DNA from: Haliotis rufescens | Lineage: Eukaryota | DNA: 64,000 nt | Reading direction: 5' to 3' | NCBI RefSeq assembly: GCF_023055435.1 | Contig: NW_025963779.1 | Span: 14,384,001 to 14,448,000, forward strand | Shown: in pieces, positions 12,065 through 25,007 of the stretch | Layout of the letters: every line of letters starts with the position of its first letter | Numbering within the stretch: position 1 is the first letter of the stretch | Notes under the pieces: model-generated | The model's database searches: none | Seen by the model: the letters and a program-made list of their open reading frames with translations, nothing else | Told to the model about the DNA's origin: nothing | Program-made: the position numbers and the translations under genes

Positions 12065-12234
12065 GTTCACATATGCGTTAATATATGCTTATCTCAGTTG
12101 GTCATACTTCAGATCTCGTAACAAGTACCAATAGTCAAGTTCCAGAGTATCACATTTGAGGCATATGAAAAACGAAATGTGTCACTACAAACAATCATAT
12201 TTGCGTTTTTTTTCAGGCGATCACCAAATCCAAT

Positions 12235-13542
12235 ATGACCTCAAGGTCGCCAGTCATCTTCTCGGATACGACACATTTCGGTGTAGACAACACGACAGCG
12301 GAAGTGACGTCATCATTAAACATCAGCGATGAGGAGAAGAACCGTTATCTATCCCACCTTGACGACTCGATGTTTCCCTTGAGGATACCAGCCGTAGTAT
12401 ATCTTGCCATCCTAATGGTTCTGGGTATTTTCGGAAACATTCTTGTGCTGATCGTGTACCTTAAGAAATTCAAACCAAGCCCGACCCGTGTGTTTGTTGT
12501 GTGTCTGGCTATGTTTGACCTCATGACTTGTATCATTTCAATTCCAGGGGAGATCCTGGACATGAGGTACAGTCACACGTTCGACTACCCAGCCGTTTGT
12601 AAAATGATACGTTTCAACAACACATTCTCCGTGGTGTCCTCAGCATTCACGCTCATAGCTGTTGCTATAGAGAGATACAGGAAGATATGTCGGCCTTTGA
12701 ACAAACAGATCACCATCAGAGTCGCGCGGATCATGGTAGGGATCGCTGTGTCTGTATCACTAGTCCTCACCATCCCGACAGTTATAGTCAACGGTAGGAA
12801 AACGGTCAAAACAGACAAAGAGGAAATAACAGGCTTCGAGTGTTCCTTTGACGACGGGTGGCGCGATACTCAGTTCCCCGTTGTTTTTATTGGAGTCCTA
12901 TTCCTCATCTTCTTCGGTTCTCTGAGTGTCCTGGTGGTTATGTACATCTTCATTGGCAGGACTGTGTTTAATCACCGGAGATTTAAATTCCGTCCGGCAA
13001 AGGATAAGGAACGCCACTCTTCGAATAACACAACCGAGACGTCATTTAAAGATGGAACTGAGAATGGGATCGCATTCCGTAACATATCGTCACCCACAGC
13101 TACTTGCAATGTTTCCAATTCAAACAATGGGACGCTTGGTTTTGACGGTTCGTCTGAGACAAGTTGTACATGTATGAATGACACCTCAGCACAACCCAAG
13201 ACGCGTAAAGAAGACAAATCCTCGAATAGTGTGAGATCCATAAGAAAAAATGCTGCAAAACCAAAAGAAAAATCAAGGCCCAGAGCGTTCAAGACAACGC
13301 TTATGTTGTTCATCATCACAGTGGTGTTCATCATCAGTTTTTTACCTTATCTGATCCTGATGATAACTCGATTTATCAAATCCGACTTTCTGGACTCTTT
13401 ACAAGGAGCAGGATTCATGGTGTATAATGTATTCCTACGCTCATATTTCATACAGAGTGCAGTTAACTGCATTGTGTACAGTTTCTGCAATGAAAGATTC
13501 AGAAATGAGTGGAGGAAACTACTCGTTTCTTGTTATCGTTGA
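12235..13542 (+). CDS. Class A (rhodopsin-like) GPCR, copy A1, 435 aa; CCK/orexin-receptor-like expanded invertebrate type, ligand unknown
   Basis: Seven hydrophobic segments; TM1 GN, TM2 LAMFD, TM3 Cys, ERY, ECL2 Cys (FECS), long Ser/Thr/Asn-rich ICL3, TM6 SFLP, TM7 NCIVY, helix 8 FR; N-terminal N-glycosylation sequons; splice acceptor TTTTTTTTCAG at 12216. Confidence 0.95.
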   Translation: MTSRSPVIFSDTTHFGVDNTTAEVTSSLNISDEEKNRYLSHLDDSMFPLRIPAVVYLAILMVLGIFGNILVLIVYLKKFKPSPTRVFVVCLAMFDLMTCIISIPGEILDMRYSHTFDYPAVCKMIRFNNTFSVVSSAFTLIAVAIERYRKICRPLNKQITIRVARIMVGIAVSVSLVLTIPTVIVNGRKTVKTDKEEITGFECSFDDGWRDTQFPVVFIGVLFLIFFGSLSVLVVMYIFIGRTVFNHRRFKFRPAKDKERHSSNNTTETSFKDGTENGIAFRNISSPTATCNVSNSNNGTLGFDGSSETSCTCMNDTSAQPKTRKEDKSSNSVRSIRKNAAKPKEKSRPRAFKTTLMLFIITVVFIISFLPYLILMITRFIKSDFLDSLQGAGFMVYNVFLRSYFIQSAVNCIVYSFCNERFRNEWRKLLVSCYR

Positions 13543-15029
13543 GGGAAAGCAGCTGATATGTAAGACACGGGAGGAAAGTTTGGAACATAAATAGAACACT
13601 TTGTCATGTGATGGACGCACAACAAACATGTTCAATCACCGGTTAAATGTTTTGCTGTTCATTCCATGCGTTACGGAACGATGACACTTTGATGAATAAA
13701 TCGAATAATTTGTTGATAATCACAACTTGACGGGTGGATGCCGCTATACAACGATCAATGAAGAGAGACGTGACTAATTGTGACGTTATACATTTATGAT
13801 ATATGTAACACCGTCAAGAAGCAACAAGGCGACGACTTCAGAACCTGCAAAGTTGTCTTCCCTGGACCACCTGAGACTGAGAGATTGTATGCACTAGATG
13901 GGACCACGACAGGAACTGCTATGCCTTGTACTGCGACATCCCCATAAAGCCCTATGCTATCTATTTTATTTATCTGTTATCACCTGCTACATCCGCAGTT
14001 GATATATTAATGACTTTTAAGGCATACAGCGGCCTGAATTAATCTTCAGTAATCTCGACTACCCACATGTGCAGTGATGCTATCTCTATATTATACATAT
14101 ATCTCTATATTATACATTTATCTCTATATTATACATATATATATGACCCTTGGTGCACTTTGTTACATATATCACATGTAAAATAAGCATTGCTGAAACA
14201 CATGGACTACTAGTAACCAACTGTTCTTCATATGCTGATATTAACACAAGTTGCAGTGGGATCGAAACGATGACTGGAAGGATAGGCTGTTTAGATGTAT
14301 GTATGTGGAAGACAGCACGGATTGTAACATTGTACCACTAGTTTACCATTATAACAAAGTAACATCAGTTTACCACGAATCTGATTCTAATAAATGTTAT
14401 TCATCATCATGCCAACATATCAGATTCAACTCATGTCAGAACTCAACAGATGTCACTGTATTCCAAGCATCACTTTATACATACACGTAGAAAAGGATGT
14501 TTTGCTATTTATCTCAAATAACATGTTAATCACACCCAGAAACCGCAATAAATATTCAAAATCGATATCTTCAGGATCACGAGTAGCACAGTTACAAGTA
14601 AATTTGTAAACGTAAGGTCGAGTCTCCCACTCATTGGTCGCTCGACCTAATGTCTTCCAGTAACGACTCCTCGTAAATGCAACATATATATAGTGATGTC
14701 ATGACTATTTTATGCACGGATAAGTTGTTATGGATAAGTTGCAAAAGTTTCAGTCGAGTTATATACGTGCATGTCAATATTTTACTGTCTTTTGATGTTA
14801 AGGTGATCTAATTCTTGTGATTTTCAAATTGCAACATTTTTAGACATATTTCTGCTTCACAATGATATCAGGAAATAAATAAAATCTCACTCTCTTGTCT
14901 CTTGTTATCACATACGTATAAACCAACATCTGTCCATTAAAATAATACACAGACTCGAAACATTTCTCCCTTCATCGACTCTAGTTTCTATATTTGATAT
15001 CAAAAGCCACCTTTGTGAGATTATATCTG

Positions 15030-15398
15030 CACGGAAGCGTAGTAGGGCACGGTGAATTGTTTTGTCAAAGTATCTCCTACGTAGGACTTATTTTCTCCTA
15101 CGTAGGACTTAGTATGGACTAGAATAACTATCTCCTACGTAGGACTAGTATGGACTAGAATAACTATCTCCTACGTAGGACTTAGTATGGCCTAGAATTA
15201 CTATCTCCTCCGTAGGACTAAGTATGGACTAGAATAACTATCTCCTACGTAGGACTTAGTATCTCCTACGTAGGACTTAGTATCTCCTACGTAGGAGATA
15301 GGAAGTCCTACGTAGGTGATGGTAATTCCTACGTAGGAGATACTACGTCCTATGTAGGAGATAATTAGACAAAACCGTGGCCCTACTATGCTTTCGTA
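15030..15398. mobile_element. Non-autonomous DNA transposon (IS3EU-like MITE), copy 1
   Basis: TIR (T)ACGGAAGCGTAGTAGGG...CCCTACTATGCTTTCGTA; 6-bp flanking repeat TATCTG; interior of TCCTACGTAGGA palindromic repeats. Confidence 0.75.
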
Positions 15399-16559
15399 TA
15401 TCTGTGTATTCAAAAGCATACTAAGTACTATTAAGGTCATGCCAAGAAACAAAATGTTGATTATACATGTATATTCTTACCCACAAGCAGTGTATGGACT
15501 AAACGTCCAATCTTATAACAAATTTTTTAAACTCATGATATATGTATTAGTCTAAGATGCTTGGCTAAAAGATAAAAAGTGTCGACTGTCTTTTATCCTG
15601 CAATGAAGTAACAGTTTGAGTTCCACATAATGGACTGACGTTATGGCGCTGTTCAAATTACCTCCCCAAGATCTAACGTATCCTTGGTAACATTGTTCTT
15701 TCATAAACGTCAAGGAAAATGGCGCTATAATATACTTTAACTATAATAGTTCAGGGCAAATCTATACTTTATTACACCACACATTGGGAAGAGCAAACTA
15801 TATTTCTTAACTAAATAGTTGGTATTGACAGTAGGTTTATACATATCACTAACGTTTAGAGCATACAGATACATTAACAGTTTGCGTGTTAAAATATAAC
15901 TAAATGTAATATATTATTTTACATATTGCGGTAAGCTGTCATCTGATATGCTGACTCCAAGTGTATGATATACATGTTCATATTTGAGATGTTTACTGTC
16001 GAAACGTGTTATGTCATGAATTTGGATGCAATCTGGAAAGGTGGGGCATGGGTCTTCTTCTACCTTTGCATAATGCAAATACTTGCTCTGGTTCATAACA
16101 TGAAATCGTGTGGTCGACGTAGAGTGACCGTATTATAATTACAAGATTAAACTCTAGATACAATACATCATGTCTAATTTCATCGATGTACAATGTATGT
16201 ACATGGTTTTCCCTAGGCTCTAATATCGGACCGTTATCGTGACTGTGTCTACTAGAAACGTTTTGGAGATCTTTGCATCCCCTCCCCCTCCTCACAGAAA
16301 CATTGGATGTTAGGCTACTTAAATATACCAACACTGATAGCAAATTAGATTTCACTCCCTACATGCGATCGATTTGNNNNNNNNNNNNNNNNNNNNNNNN
16401 NNNNNNNNNNNNNNNNNNNNNNNNNNNNNNNNNNNNNNNNNNNNNNNNNNNNNNNNNNNNNNNNNNNNNNNNNNNNNNNNNNNNNNNNNNNNNNNNNNNN
16501 NNNNNNNNNNNNNNNNNNNNNNNNNNNNNNNNNNNNNNNNNNNNNNNNNNNNNNNNNNN

Positions 16560-16952
16560 TGGTGTGAGGTGAGGTGAGGTGAGGTGAGGTGAGGTGAGGT
16601 GATGCGAGCGGGGAAGCGAGGCGAGGCGAGGTGAGGAGAGGTGAAATGGGGTTTAACGTCGCGTCCAAGATTATTACACTTATAAAGCGACGTGCAATCA
16701 CGGACTGATGACGATTAATACTGCTAGCCCAAGGAGGTAACATCCTGCAGTTTAACACCAGTACCCCACTCAGACACAGTATACTGACTCCAAGTTGACC
16801 AGTCCTTGTTTTAGCCCCTTAATGTCCAGCGCGAGACAGGGTAAGAACAAGTACCATATTTTAACGTCTTCTTGTATGACGCGGTCGGGTATCGAATTCC
16901 GAAACGTCAGCTCTCCTGGCGAACGCTCTACCGCTAGACCACGGAGGCGGTT
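16560..16952 (-). mobile_element. SINE family C with (GTGAG)n tail next to an N gap (paralogous, partly deleted copies at about 21715-21904, 28768-28930, 36900-37059, 39062-39321, 44445-44758)
   Basis: Head CGCTCTACCGCTAGACCACGGAGGCGG, body TTTTAACGTCTTCTTGTATGACGCGG, tail GGGGTTTAACGTCGCG. Confidence 0.85.
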
Positions 16953-17089
16953 GCCATGGATGTGAAGATTCATGCATGTGATTAAGCCAAAACATTCGTT
17001 ATTCTTCATCAGCAATACAAACCCTAGCTATATGTACGACTAAATCATGCTCTATTCAAATATGAGGACGCTTTTTTTATGACATGTCA

Positions 17090-17212
17090 AATACAGGGAA
17101 CACTTCCTGGTTGATAGAAATGCGTTCTTTTCAGTTTACACATAACACAGGGAGCATTTAAGCTGGGCATACAACTGCAACGAGGAGGGGTGTCACGACG
17201 TAGAGGTAAGTA
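17090..17212 (+). promoter_or_regulatory. Putative 5' non-coding exon with splice donor upstream of A2 (copies: donor GT at 22192, 29217, 37385, 39575, 45084)
   Basis: Consensus donor (G/C)AG|GTAAGT conserved in six copies. Upstream TTTTCAGTTT could be an initiator or an acceptor; ACTTCCTGG is ETS-like. Each GPCR CDS has an acceptor 15-18 nt before its ATG that needs a donor. Confidence 0.6.
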
Positions 17213-17264
17213 CGGTTCTAGAAAACGACATCTTGCATCCATTGCATCTGAAACAATATTATAT

Positions 17265-17433
17265 TGAGTGAGTTCGCTTTTAAAAGTGTTCCCGTTATAT
17301 CGCGGCGTGTCAGCTTAATGTGGAAGGAAAGCCCGAAGTGATGCAGGTCTCAGACATTTAACACTTCGGTGAAACCCACGAGCACGGGTATGGTGCTGAC
17401 AAACCTCGAAATATAATCGGGGCGAACCGGGAT
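17265..17433 (-). mobile_element. Truncated family B SINE at a duplication junction (also 22250-22398, 29275-29427, 39633-39812)
   Basis: Matches the 3' part of the complete copy at 45142-45418 and breaks off at the junctions. Confidence 0.85.
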
Positions 17434-17830
17434 CTAGCTGTATGACGGCGGTATGCAAGTAATCGAAGCTGGACCACACAATCCAGTAATTGAGATTATG
17501 AGCATCGATCTACGCAGTAGGGATACGATGACATGCATCAACCATGTCAGCGAGCCTGACAACCAGAACCCGTTAGTCGCCTTTTACGACAAACATAGTC
17601 GCCTTTTACGGCAAGCATATGTTGCTGAAGACCTATTCTACCCGTGATTTTTTAACATGGGTTCACATATGCGTTATTATATGCTGATCTCAATTGGTCA
17701 TACTTCAGATCTCGTTACAAGTACCAATAGTAAGGGTTCAGAGTATCACATTTGAGGCATATGAAAAACGAAATGTGTCACTACAAACAATCATATTTGC
17801 GTATTATTTCAGGTGATCACCAAATCCAAT

Positions 17831-19138
17831 ATGGCCTCAAGGTCGCCAGTCACCTTCTCAGATACGACCCATTTCGGTGTAGACAACACGACAGCGGAAG
17901 TGACGTCATCATTAAACATCAGCGATGAGGAGAAGAACCGTTATCTATCCCACCTTGACGACTCGATGTTTCCCTTGAGGATACCAGCCGTAGTATATCT
18001 TGGCATCCTAATGGTTCTGGGTATTTTCGGAAATATTCTTGTGTTGATCGTGTACCTCAAGAAATTCAAACCAAGCCCGACCCGTGTGTTTGTGGTGTGT
18101 CTGGCTGTGTTTGACCTCATGACATGCGTCATTTCAATTCCAGGTGAAATCTTGGACATGAGGTACAGTCACACGTTCGACTACCCAGTCGTGTGTAGAA
18201 TGATACGATTCAACAACACATTCTCCGTGGTGTCCTCAGGATTCACGCTCATAGCTGTTGCTATAGACAGATACAGGAAGATATGTCGGCCTTTGAACAA
18301 ACAGATCACCATCAGAGTCGCGCGCATGATGGTAGGGATCGCTGTGTCCGTATCACTAGTTCTCACCATCCCGACAGTTATAGTCAACGGTAGGAAAACG
18401 GTCAAAACAGACAAAGAGGAAATAACAGGCTTCGAGTGTTCCTTTGACGACGGGTGGCGCGGTACTCTGTTCCCCGTGGTCTATATAGGAGTCCTATTCC
18501 TCATCTTCTTCGGTTCTCTGAGTGTCCTGGTGGTTGTGTACATCCTCATTGGAAGGACTGTGTTTAATCACCGGAAATTTAAATTCCGCCCGGCAAAGGA
18601 TAAGGAACGCCACTCTTCAAATTACACAACCGAGACGTCATTTAAAGATGGAACTGAGAATGGGATCGCATTCCGTAACATATCGTCACCCACGGCTCCT
18701 TGCAATGTTTCCAATTCAAACAATGGGACGCTTGGTTTTGACGGTTCGTCTGAGACAAGTTGTACATGTATGAATGACACCTCAGCACAACCCAAGACGC
18801 GTAAAGAAGACAATTCCTCGAATAGTGTGAGATCCATAAGAAAAAATGCTGCAAAACCAAAAGAAAAATCAAGGCCCAGAGCGTTCAAGACAACGCTTAT
18901 GTTGTTCATCATCACAGTGGTGTTCATCATCAGTTTCTTACCTCATCTGATCCTGATGATAACTCGATTTATCAAATCCGACTTTCTGGACTCTTTACAA
19001 GGAGCAGGGTTCATGGTGTATAATGTATTCCTACGCTCATACGTCATACAGAGTGCAGTTAACTGCATTGTGTACAGTTTCTGCAATGAAAGATTCAGAA
19101 ATGAGTGGAGGAAACTACTCGTTTCTTGTTGTCGTTGA
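17831..19138 (+). CDS. Class A GPCR, copy A2, 435 aa
   Basis: Intact ORF with about 22 aa differences from A1; DRY motif. The true ATG is 17831; the ORF-track GTG at 17813 directly follows the acceptor TTTCAG. Confidence 0.95.
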   Translation: MASRSPVTFSDTTHFGVDNTTAEVTSSLNISDEEKNRYLSHLDDSMFPLRIPAVVYLGILMVLGIFGNILVLIVYLKKFKPSPTRVFVVCLAVFDLMTCVISIPGEILDMRYSHTFDYPVVCRMIRFNNTFSVVSSGFTLIAVAIDRYRKICRPLNKQITIRVARMMVGIAVSVSLVLTIPTVIVNGRKTVKTDKEEITGFECSFDDGWRGTLFPVVYIGVLFLIFFGSLSVLVVVYILIGRTVFNHRKFKFRPAKDKERHSSNYTTETSFKDGTENGIAFRNISSPTAPCNVSNSNNGTLGFDGSSETSCTCMNDTSAQPKTRKEDNSSNSVRSIRKNAAKPKEKSRPRAFKTTLMLFIITVVFIISFLPHLILMITRFIKSDFLDSLQGAGFMVYNVFLRSYVIQSAVNCIVYSFCNERFRNEWRKLLVSCCR

Positions 19139-20613
19139 GGGAAAGCAGCTGATATGTAAGACACGGGAGGAAACTTTGGAACATAAATAGAACACTTTGT
19201 CATGTGATGGACGCACAACAAACATGTTCAATCATCGGTTAAATGTTTTGCTGTTCATTCCATGCGTTACGGAACAATGACGCTTGGATGAATAAATCGT
19301 AACAATTTGTTGATAATCACAACTTGACGGATGGCTGCCGCTATACAACGATCAATGAAGAGAGACGTGACTAATTGTGACGTTATACATTTATGATATA
19401 TGTAACACCGTCAAGAAGCAACAAGGCGACGACTTCAGAAACTGCAACGTTGTCTTCTCTGGACCACCTGAGACTGAGAAATTGTCTGCACAAGATTGGA
19501 CCATGACAGGAACTGCTATGCCTTGTACTGAGACATCCCCGTAAAGCCCTATGCTATCTATTGAATGTATCTGTTATCACCTGCTACATCCGCAGTTGAC
19601 ATATCAATAACTTTTAAGGCATACAGCGGCCTGATATAATCTTCAGTAATCTCGACTACCAACATGTGCAGTGATGCTATCTCTTTATTATACATATATC
19701 TCTATATTATACATCTTTTATATATAACCCTTGGTGCACTTTGTTACATTTATCACATGTAAAATAAGCATTGCTGAAACACATGGACTACTAGTAACCA
19801 ACTGTTCTTCATATGCTGATATTAACACATGTTGCAGTGGGATCGATACGATGACTGGAAGGATAGGCTGTTTAGATGTATGTATGTGGAAGACAGCACG
19901 GATTGTAAAATTGTACCACTAGTTTACCATTATAACATCGTAACACCAGCTTACCACGAATCTGATTCTAATAAATGTTATAATTCATTATCATGCAAAC
20001 ATATCAGATTCAACTCATGTCAGAACTCAACAGATGTCACTGTATTCCAAGCATCACTTTATACATACACGTAGAAAAGGATGTTTTGCTATTTATCTCA
20101 AATAACATGTTTATCACACCCAGAAACCGCAATAAATATTCAAAATCGATATCTTCAGGATCACGAGTAGCACAGCTACAAGTAAATTTGTAAACGTAAG
20201 GTCGAGTCTCCCACTCATTGGTCGTTCGGCCTAATGTTTTCCAGTAACGACTCCTCGTAAATGCAACATATTGATAGTGATGTCATGACTATTTTATGCA
20301 CGGATAAGTTGTTATGGATAAGTTGCAAAAGTTTCAGTCGAGTTATATACCTGCATGTCAATATTTTACTGCCTATTGATGTTAAGGTGATCTAATTCTT
20401 GTGATTTTCAAATTGCAACATTGTTAGACATATTTATGCTTCACAATGATATCAGGAAATAAATAAAATCTCACTCTCTTGTCTCTTGTTATCACATAGG
20501 TATAAACCAACGTATGTCGATTAAAATAATACACAGACTCGAAACGTTTCTCCTTTCCTCGACTCTAGTTTGTATATTTGATATTAAAGGCCACCTTAGT
20601 GAGATTATATCTG

Positions 20614-20848
20614 TACGGAAGCGTAGTAGGGCACGGTGATTTTTTTGTCTAAGTATCTCCTACGTAGGACTTATTATCTCCTACGTAGGACTTATTATCT
20701 TCTACGTAGGACTTATTATCTCCTACGTAGGACTTATTGTCTTCTACGTAGGACTAAGTATGGACTAGAATAACTATCTCCTACGTAAGTCCTACGTAGG
20801 AGATACTTAGACAAAAAAAATTCACCATGGCCCTACTACGCTTCCGTA
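20614..20848. mobile_element. IS3EU-like MITE, copy 2 (235 bp)
   Basis: TACGGAAGCGTAGTAGGG ... CCCTACTACGCTTCCGTA. Confidence 0.75.
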
Positions 20849-22398
20849 TACGTGTATTCAAAAGCATGCTAATTTCTATTAAGGTCGTCATGCCAAGAAA
20901 CAAAATGTTGATTATACATGTATATTCTTACCCATAAGCAGTGTATGGACTAAACGTCCAATCTTATAACAATTTTTTAAAACTCGTGATATATGTATTA
21001 GTCTAAGTTGCTTGGCTAAAACATAAAAGGTGTCGACTGTATTTTATCCTGCAATGAAGTAACAGTTTGAGTTCCACATAATGGACTGACGTTATGGCGC
21101 TGTTCAAATTACCTCCCCATGATCTAACGTATCCTTGGTAACATTGTTCTTTCATGACCGTCAAAGAAGATGGCGCCATAATATACTTTAACTATGTATA
21201 TAGTTCAGGGCAAATCTATACTTTTTTACACCACACATGGGGAAGAGCAAACTATATTTCTAAACTAGATAGTTGGTATTGACAGTAGGTTTATACATAT
21301 CACGAACGTTTAGAACATGCAGATATATTAACAGTTTCCGTGATCCTTTAAATATAACTCAATGTAATATATTATTTTACATATTGCGGTAAGCTGTCAT
21401 CTGATATGCTGACTCCAAGTGTATGATAAACATGTTCATATTTGAGAGTTTTCCCGTCGAAACGAGTTGTTATGTCATGAATTTGGATGCAATCTGGAAA
21501 AGGTGGGGCATGGATCTTCTTCTACCTTTGCATAATGCAAATACTTGTTCTGGTTCATAACATGAAATCNNNNNNNNNNNNNNNNNNNNNNNNNNNNNNN
21601 NNNNNNNNNNNNNNNNNNNNNNNNNNNNNNNNNNNNNNNNNNNNNNNNNNNNNNNNNNNNNNNNNNNNNNNNNNNNNNNNNNNNNNNNNNNNNNNNNNNN
21701 NNNNNNNNNNNNNNAGGCGAGGCGATGCGATGCGATGCGAGGCGTTGCGAAAGGGCGTTTAACGTCGCGTCCAAGATTATTACACTTATAAATCGTTGTG
21801 CAATAAAGGACTGATGACGATTAATACTGCTAGCCCACGGAGATAACCTGCCGCAGTTTAACGGGAACACCCACTCAGACACAGTATACTGACTCCAAGT
21901 TGACGGATGTGAAGATTCATGCATGTGATTTAGCCATAACACTCGTTATTCTTCATCAGCAATACAAACCCTAGCTATATGTACGACTGTACGATATTGT
22001 GGTTAAATACACAAATCATGCTCTATTCAAATATGATGACGCTTCTTTTGATGACATGTCAAATACAGGGAACACTTCCTGGTTGATAGAAATGTGTTCT
22101 TTTCAGTTTACACTGGAAAATATCAACATAACCCAGGGAGCATTTAAGCTGGGCATACAACTGCAACGAGAAGGAGTGTCACGACGTACAGGTAAGTACG
22201 GTTCTAGAAAACGACATCTTGCGTCCATTGCATCTGAAACAATATTGTAGTGAGTGAGTGAGTGAGTGAGTTGGGTTTAACGCCGCTTTTAACAGTATTC
22301 CAGTTATATCACGGCGTGTCAGCTTAATGTGGGAGGAAAGCCCGAAGTGATGCAGGTCTCTGACATTTACCACTATGGTGAAACCCACGAGCACGGGT

Positions 22399-22740
22399 TA
22401 CGTCAACGTCAATACACACCGCAGACCAATAACTGGCCAACGCGTTACAAGCCGATAGGGCAGATATCCGCAAGACAGAATTCGTACACTTGTTGAGTCA
22501 GTGTCGAGGAGATGCAGAGCCGTGATTGCTGCCATGGGCGGTCACACGAGATACTGAGTTCAGCGCAACCTTCTGGCCTTGTGTGACATGACAATGAACA
22601 GTTTCCAATGCCTCAACATGTGACTATCGAGCTCCAAAAGTTCATATTTGTATCTATGTTATGAAATTTGATATATCGACTTTAATACGTACAATAAATT
22701 TACTAAAAATCTATCTGTGCGTTTCTTTTGTTGCAGAGTG
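22399..22740 (+). mobile_element. 3' end of a Tc1 transposon (second, internally deleted copy at 29428-29683)
   Basis: Encodes IRTLVESVSRRCRAVIAAMGGHTRY*, then a TIR-like end GTGCGTTTCTTTTGTTGCAGAGTG followed by TA. Confidence 0.85.
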
Positions 22741-22752
22741 TATGTGTTACAA

Positions 22753-22981
22753 CCGTAAAAGGCGACTATGTTTGTCGTAAAAGGCGTTCTGGTGGCCAGC
22801 CTCGCTGACTTGGTTGATGCCTGTCATCGTATCCCAAATATGTGGATCGATGCTCATGATGTCAATCACTGGATTATCTGGTCCAGACTCGATTATTTAC
22901 AGACCGCCGTCATATAGCTGGAATATTGCTGAGTGCGGGGTTAAACAAACTAACAAACAAACAAACAAACAAACAAACAAA
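22753..22981 (+). mobile_element. Family A SINE (paralogue 29696-29924)
   Basis: CGTAAAAGGCGACTATGTTTGTCGTAAAAGGCG ... GCTGGAATATTGCTGAGTGCGGGGTTAAAC(AAAC)n. Confidence 0.85.
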
Positions 22982-25007
22982 CATGTGAGTTGGTGTTAAA
23001 TGGCTCACATCAACACGACTCACACTATCACTGGTGAGTCTTGGTAGATTACTGTTATACGCTTTTGTTACAATACAAAGTTAAGATATATTCCTTTATT
23101 AGATAATTTGCAACCGTGTGGTTTTACCAACGTCCGAATCATGCCGGAAAATAACTTTCCATATATTACGAGCGTTTTGTTACGCACATACACATGTTGA
23201 TATAATAGTTGGTCAGATTACATTTATTCATTTTTCCTGGAGGAAGTATTAGGTATCAATAAATAAACCAACTCATTTATGTCGTGGTAGCCCTGAATAT
23301 TATTATCAGATTATTCTGAAACTTTTTAGATGCTATTAATATTCTTACTTCACAGCATGGCTGCGCACGAGCCAAGTTAGACGCTCAAATGAATCGATGA
23401 CAGGTCCCAACATATACGATTAAAACACCCATATGTAAAATTTAGCTTCGGTTACTTTGATTGATTTGTATGTTTGATAATGTCCCGGAGTTTTAGGGTG
23501 GTAATCGCACGCGTGTATAACATTGAAGCAAAATAGTGCGTGCTTAAGACATGTTCACGTACATGAAAATATATAACGCCAAATGACAGAATAATCAGTT
23601 TCGAATATCTGCCGAAGTAGTTTTAGTTGGATGTAAAATGCAAAATAGTGATGGACATGGATGGATATGAATGGATAACTGAAAATCAGTAAAGACATGT
23701 ATCATTAACCCAGACTTCGGATACCTGCAGAGTTTGTTTGTTTGTTTTGTTTCTTTGTTTGTTGTTTTACGCCGCACCCAGCAATATTCCAGCTATATGA
23801 CGGCGGTCTGTAAATAATCAAGTCTGGACCAGACAATCCAGTGTCCTGCAAAGTAAAGCCAGACACTGAGCTCCAATACGTTCTCTCGTATTAACAGTTT
23901 TGAGCTCCAGGTATCTGCATAGTAAAATATACTCAAACTAAACATATACAGAAAGAAAAGAAGCGGAATGATGCAACATTCATGAGAAACAAAATTATTC
24001 TTTCTTATTTTATTCATTTAATTTTTGGAACTATTATATGAAGTAAAGTTTTAAACCGCAGCGGGTTGAAAAAGTCTTGTCAAAGACAACGTTTTCGATT
24101 GATTTACCTTGTGGGATAAAGTTATGTACAAAGCATTGCGTCTTGGTGTGATTCGAGCTGATGGCTTCGTCTAAGGTTATGAAAATATATCGTGCCTTGA
24201 TCAAACAAATTATTGATCGAATGTAATAAAGGTATACACATTAGGGGGCGTTTACTTATGACACATTGTTGCCATAGTGACCACAATATTTCTAGTATAG
24301 TTGATCGACCTATACCTTCCTGGAATTATTTGATTATTAGAATCCCAAAACGACGTGATCGTGTCAGAAGAAATGTAGCTTTAGTAATATATATGTTTGG
24401 TAATCCAAGGGCACTATTTTATAGACATGTATATGCCTCAGATGATTCCCAGATATTATGCATTCCTTATTGTACATTTTCCTTCCTTAGAAAGGGTGAA
24501 CAGAGGAAGAAATAATTAAGAGTTGTATTATATTGCGTGTCATGTTGTTTCCCCGAGGATATTACTTGTGCTTCATATGTTTTTGGTAGTGTGTTGTTTG
24601 ACACCGCACTCGGTAATAATCCAGCTATATGACGGCGGTATGTAAGTAATCGAAGCTGGACCACACAATCCAGTAATTGAGATTATGAGCATCGATCTGC
24701 CCAGTTGGGATACGATGACATGCATCAACCATGTCAGCGAGCCTGACAACCAGAACCCGTAAGTCGCCTTTTACGACAAACATAGTCGCCTTTACATCAA
24801 GCTTATGTTGCTGAAGACCTATTCTACCCGTGATCTTCACATGGGTTCACATATGCGTTAGTATATGCTTCTCTCAGTTGGTCATACTTCAGATCTCGTA
24901 CCAATAGTAAAGGCTTAGAGTATCACATTTGAGGCATATGAAAAACGAAATATGTCACTACAAACAATCATATTTGCGTATTATTTCAGGTGATCACCAA
25001 ATCCAAT

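Noticed and set aside
14150-14609. Short ORFs recurring after each GPCR (MVHFVTY..., MQWDRND...) and ORFs antisense to the GPCRs
   Set aside because: They recur only because of recent duplication; overlapping frames, non-ATG starts and no motifs suggest 3' UTR or antisense shadows.
16700-16740. Hammerhead ribozyme core CTGATGA
   Set aside because: A point variant of SINE C sequence (CTGATGC at 57840), with no matching GAAA core or stems.
16273-16758. ORFs spanning N gaps (also near 21.5, 28.5, 36.6 and 43.7 kb)
   Set aside because: Artefacts of N runs and microsatellites.
17813-17830. GTG-initiated N-terminal extension MITKSN of A2-A5 in the ORF track
   Set aside because: The GTG directly follows a splice acceptor (TTTCAG) and is GCG in A1; the first ATG is 18 nt downstream.
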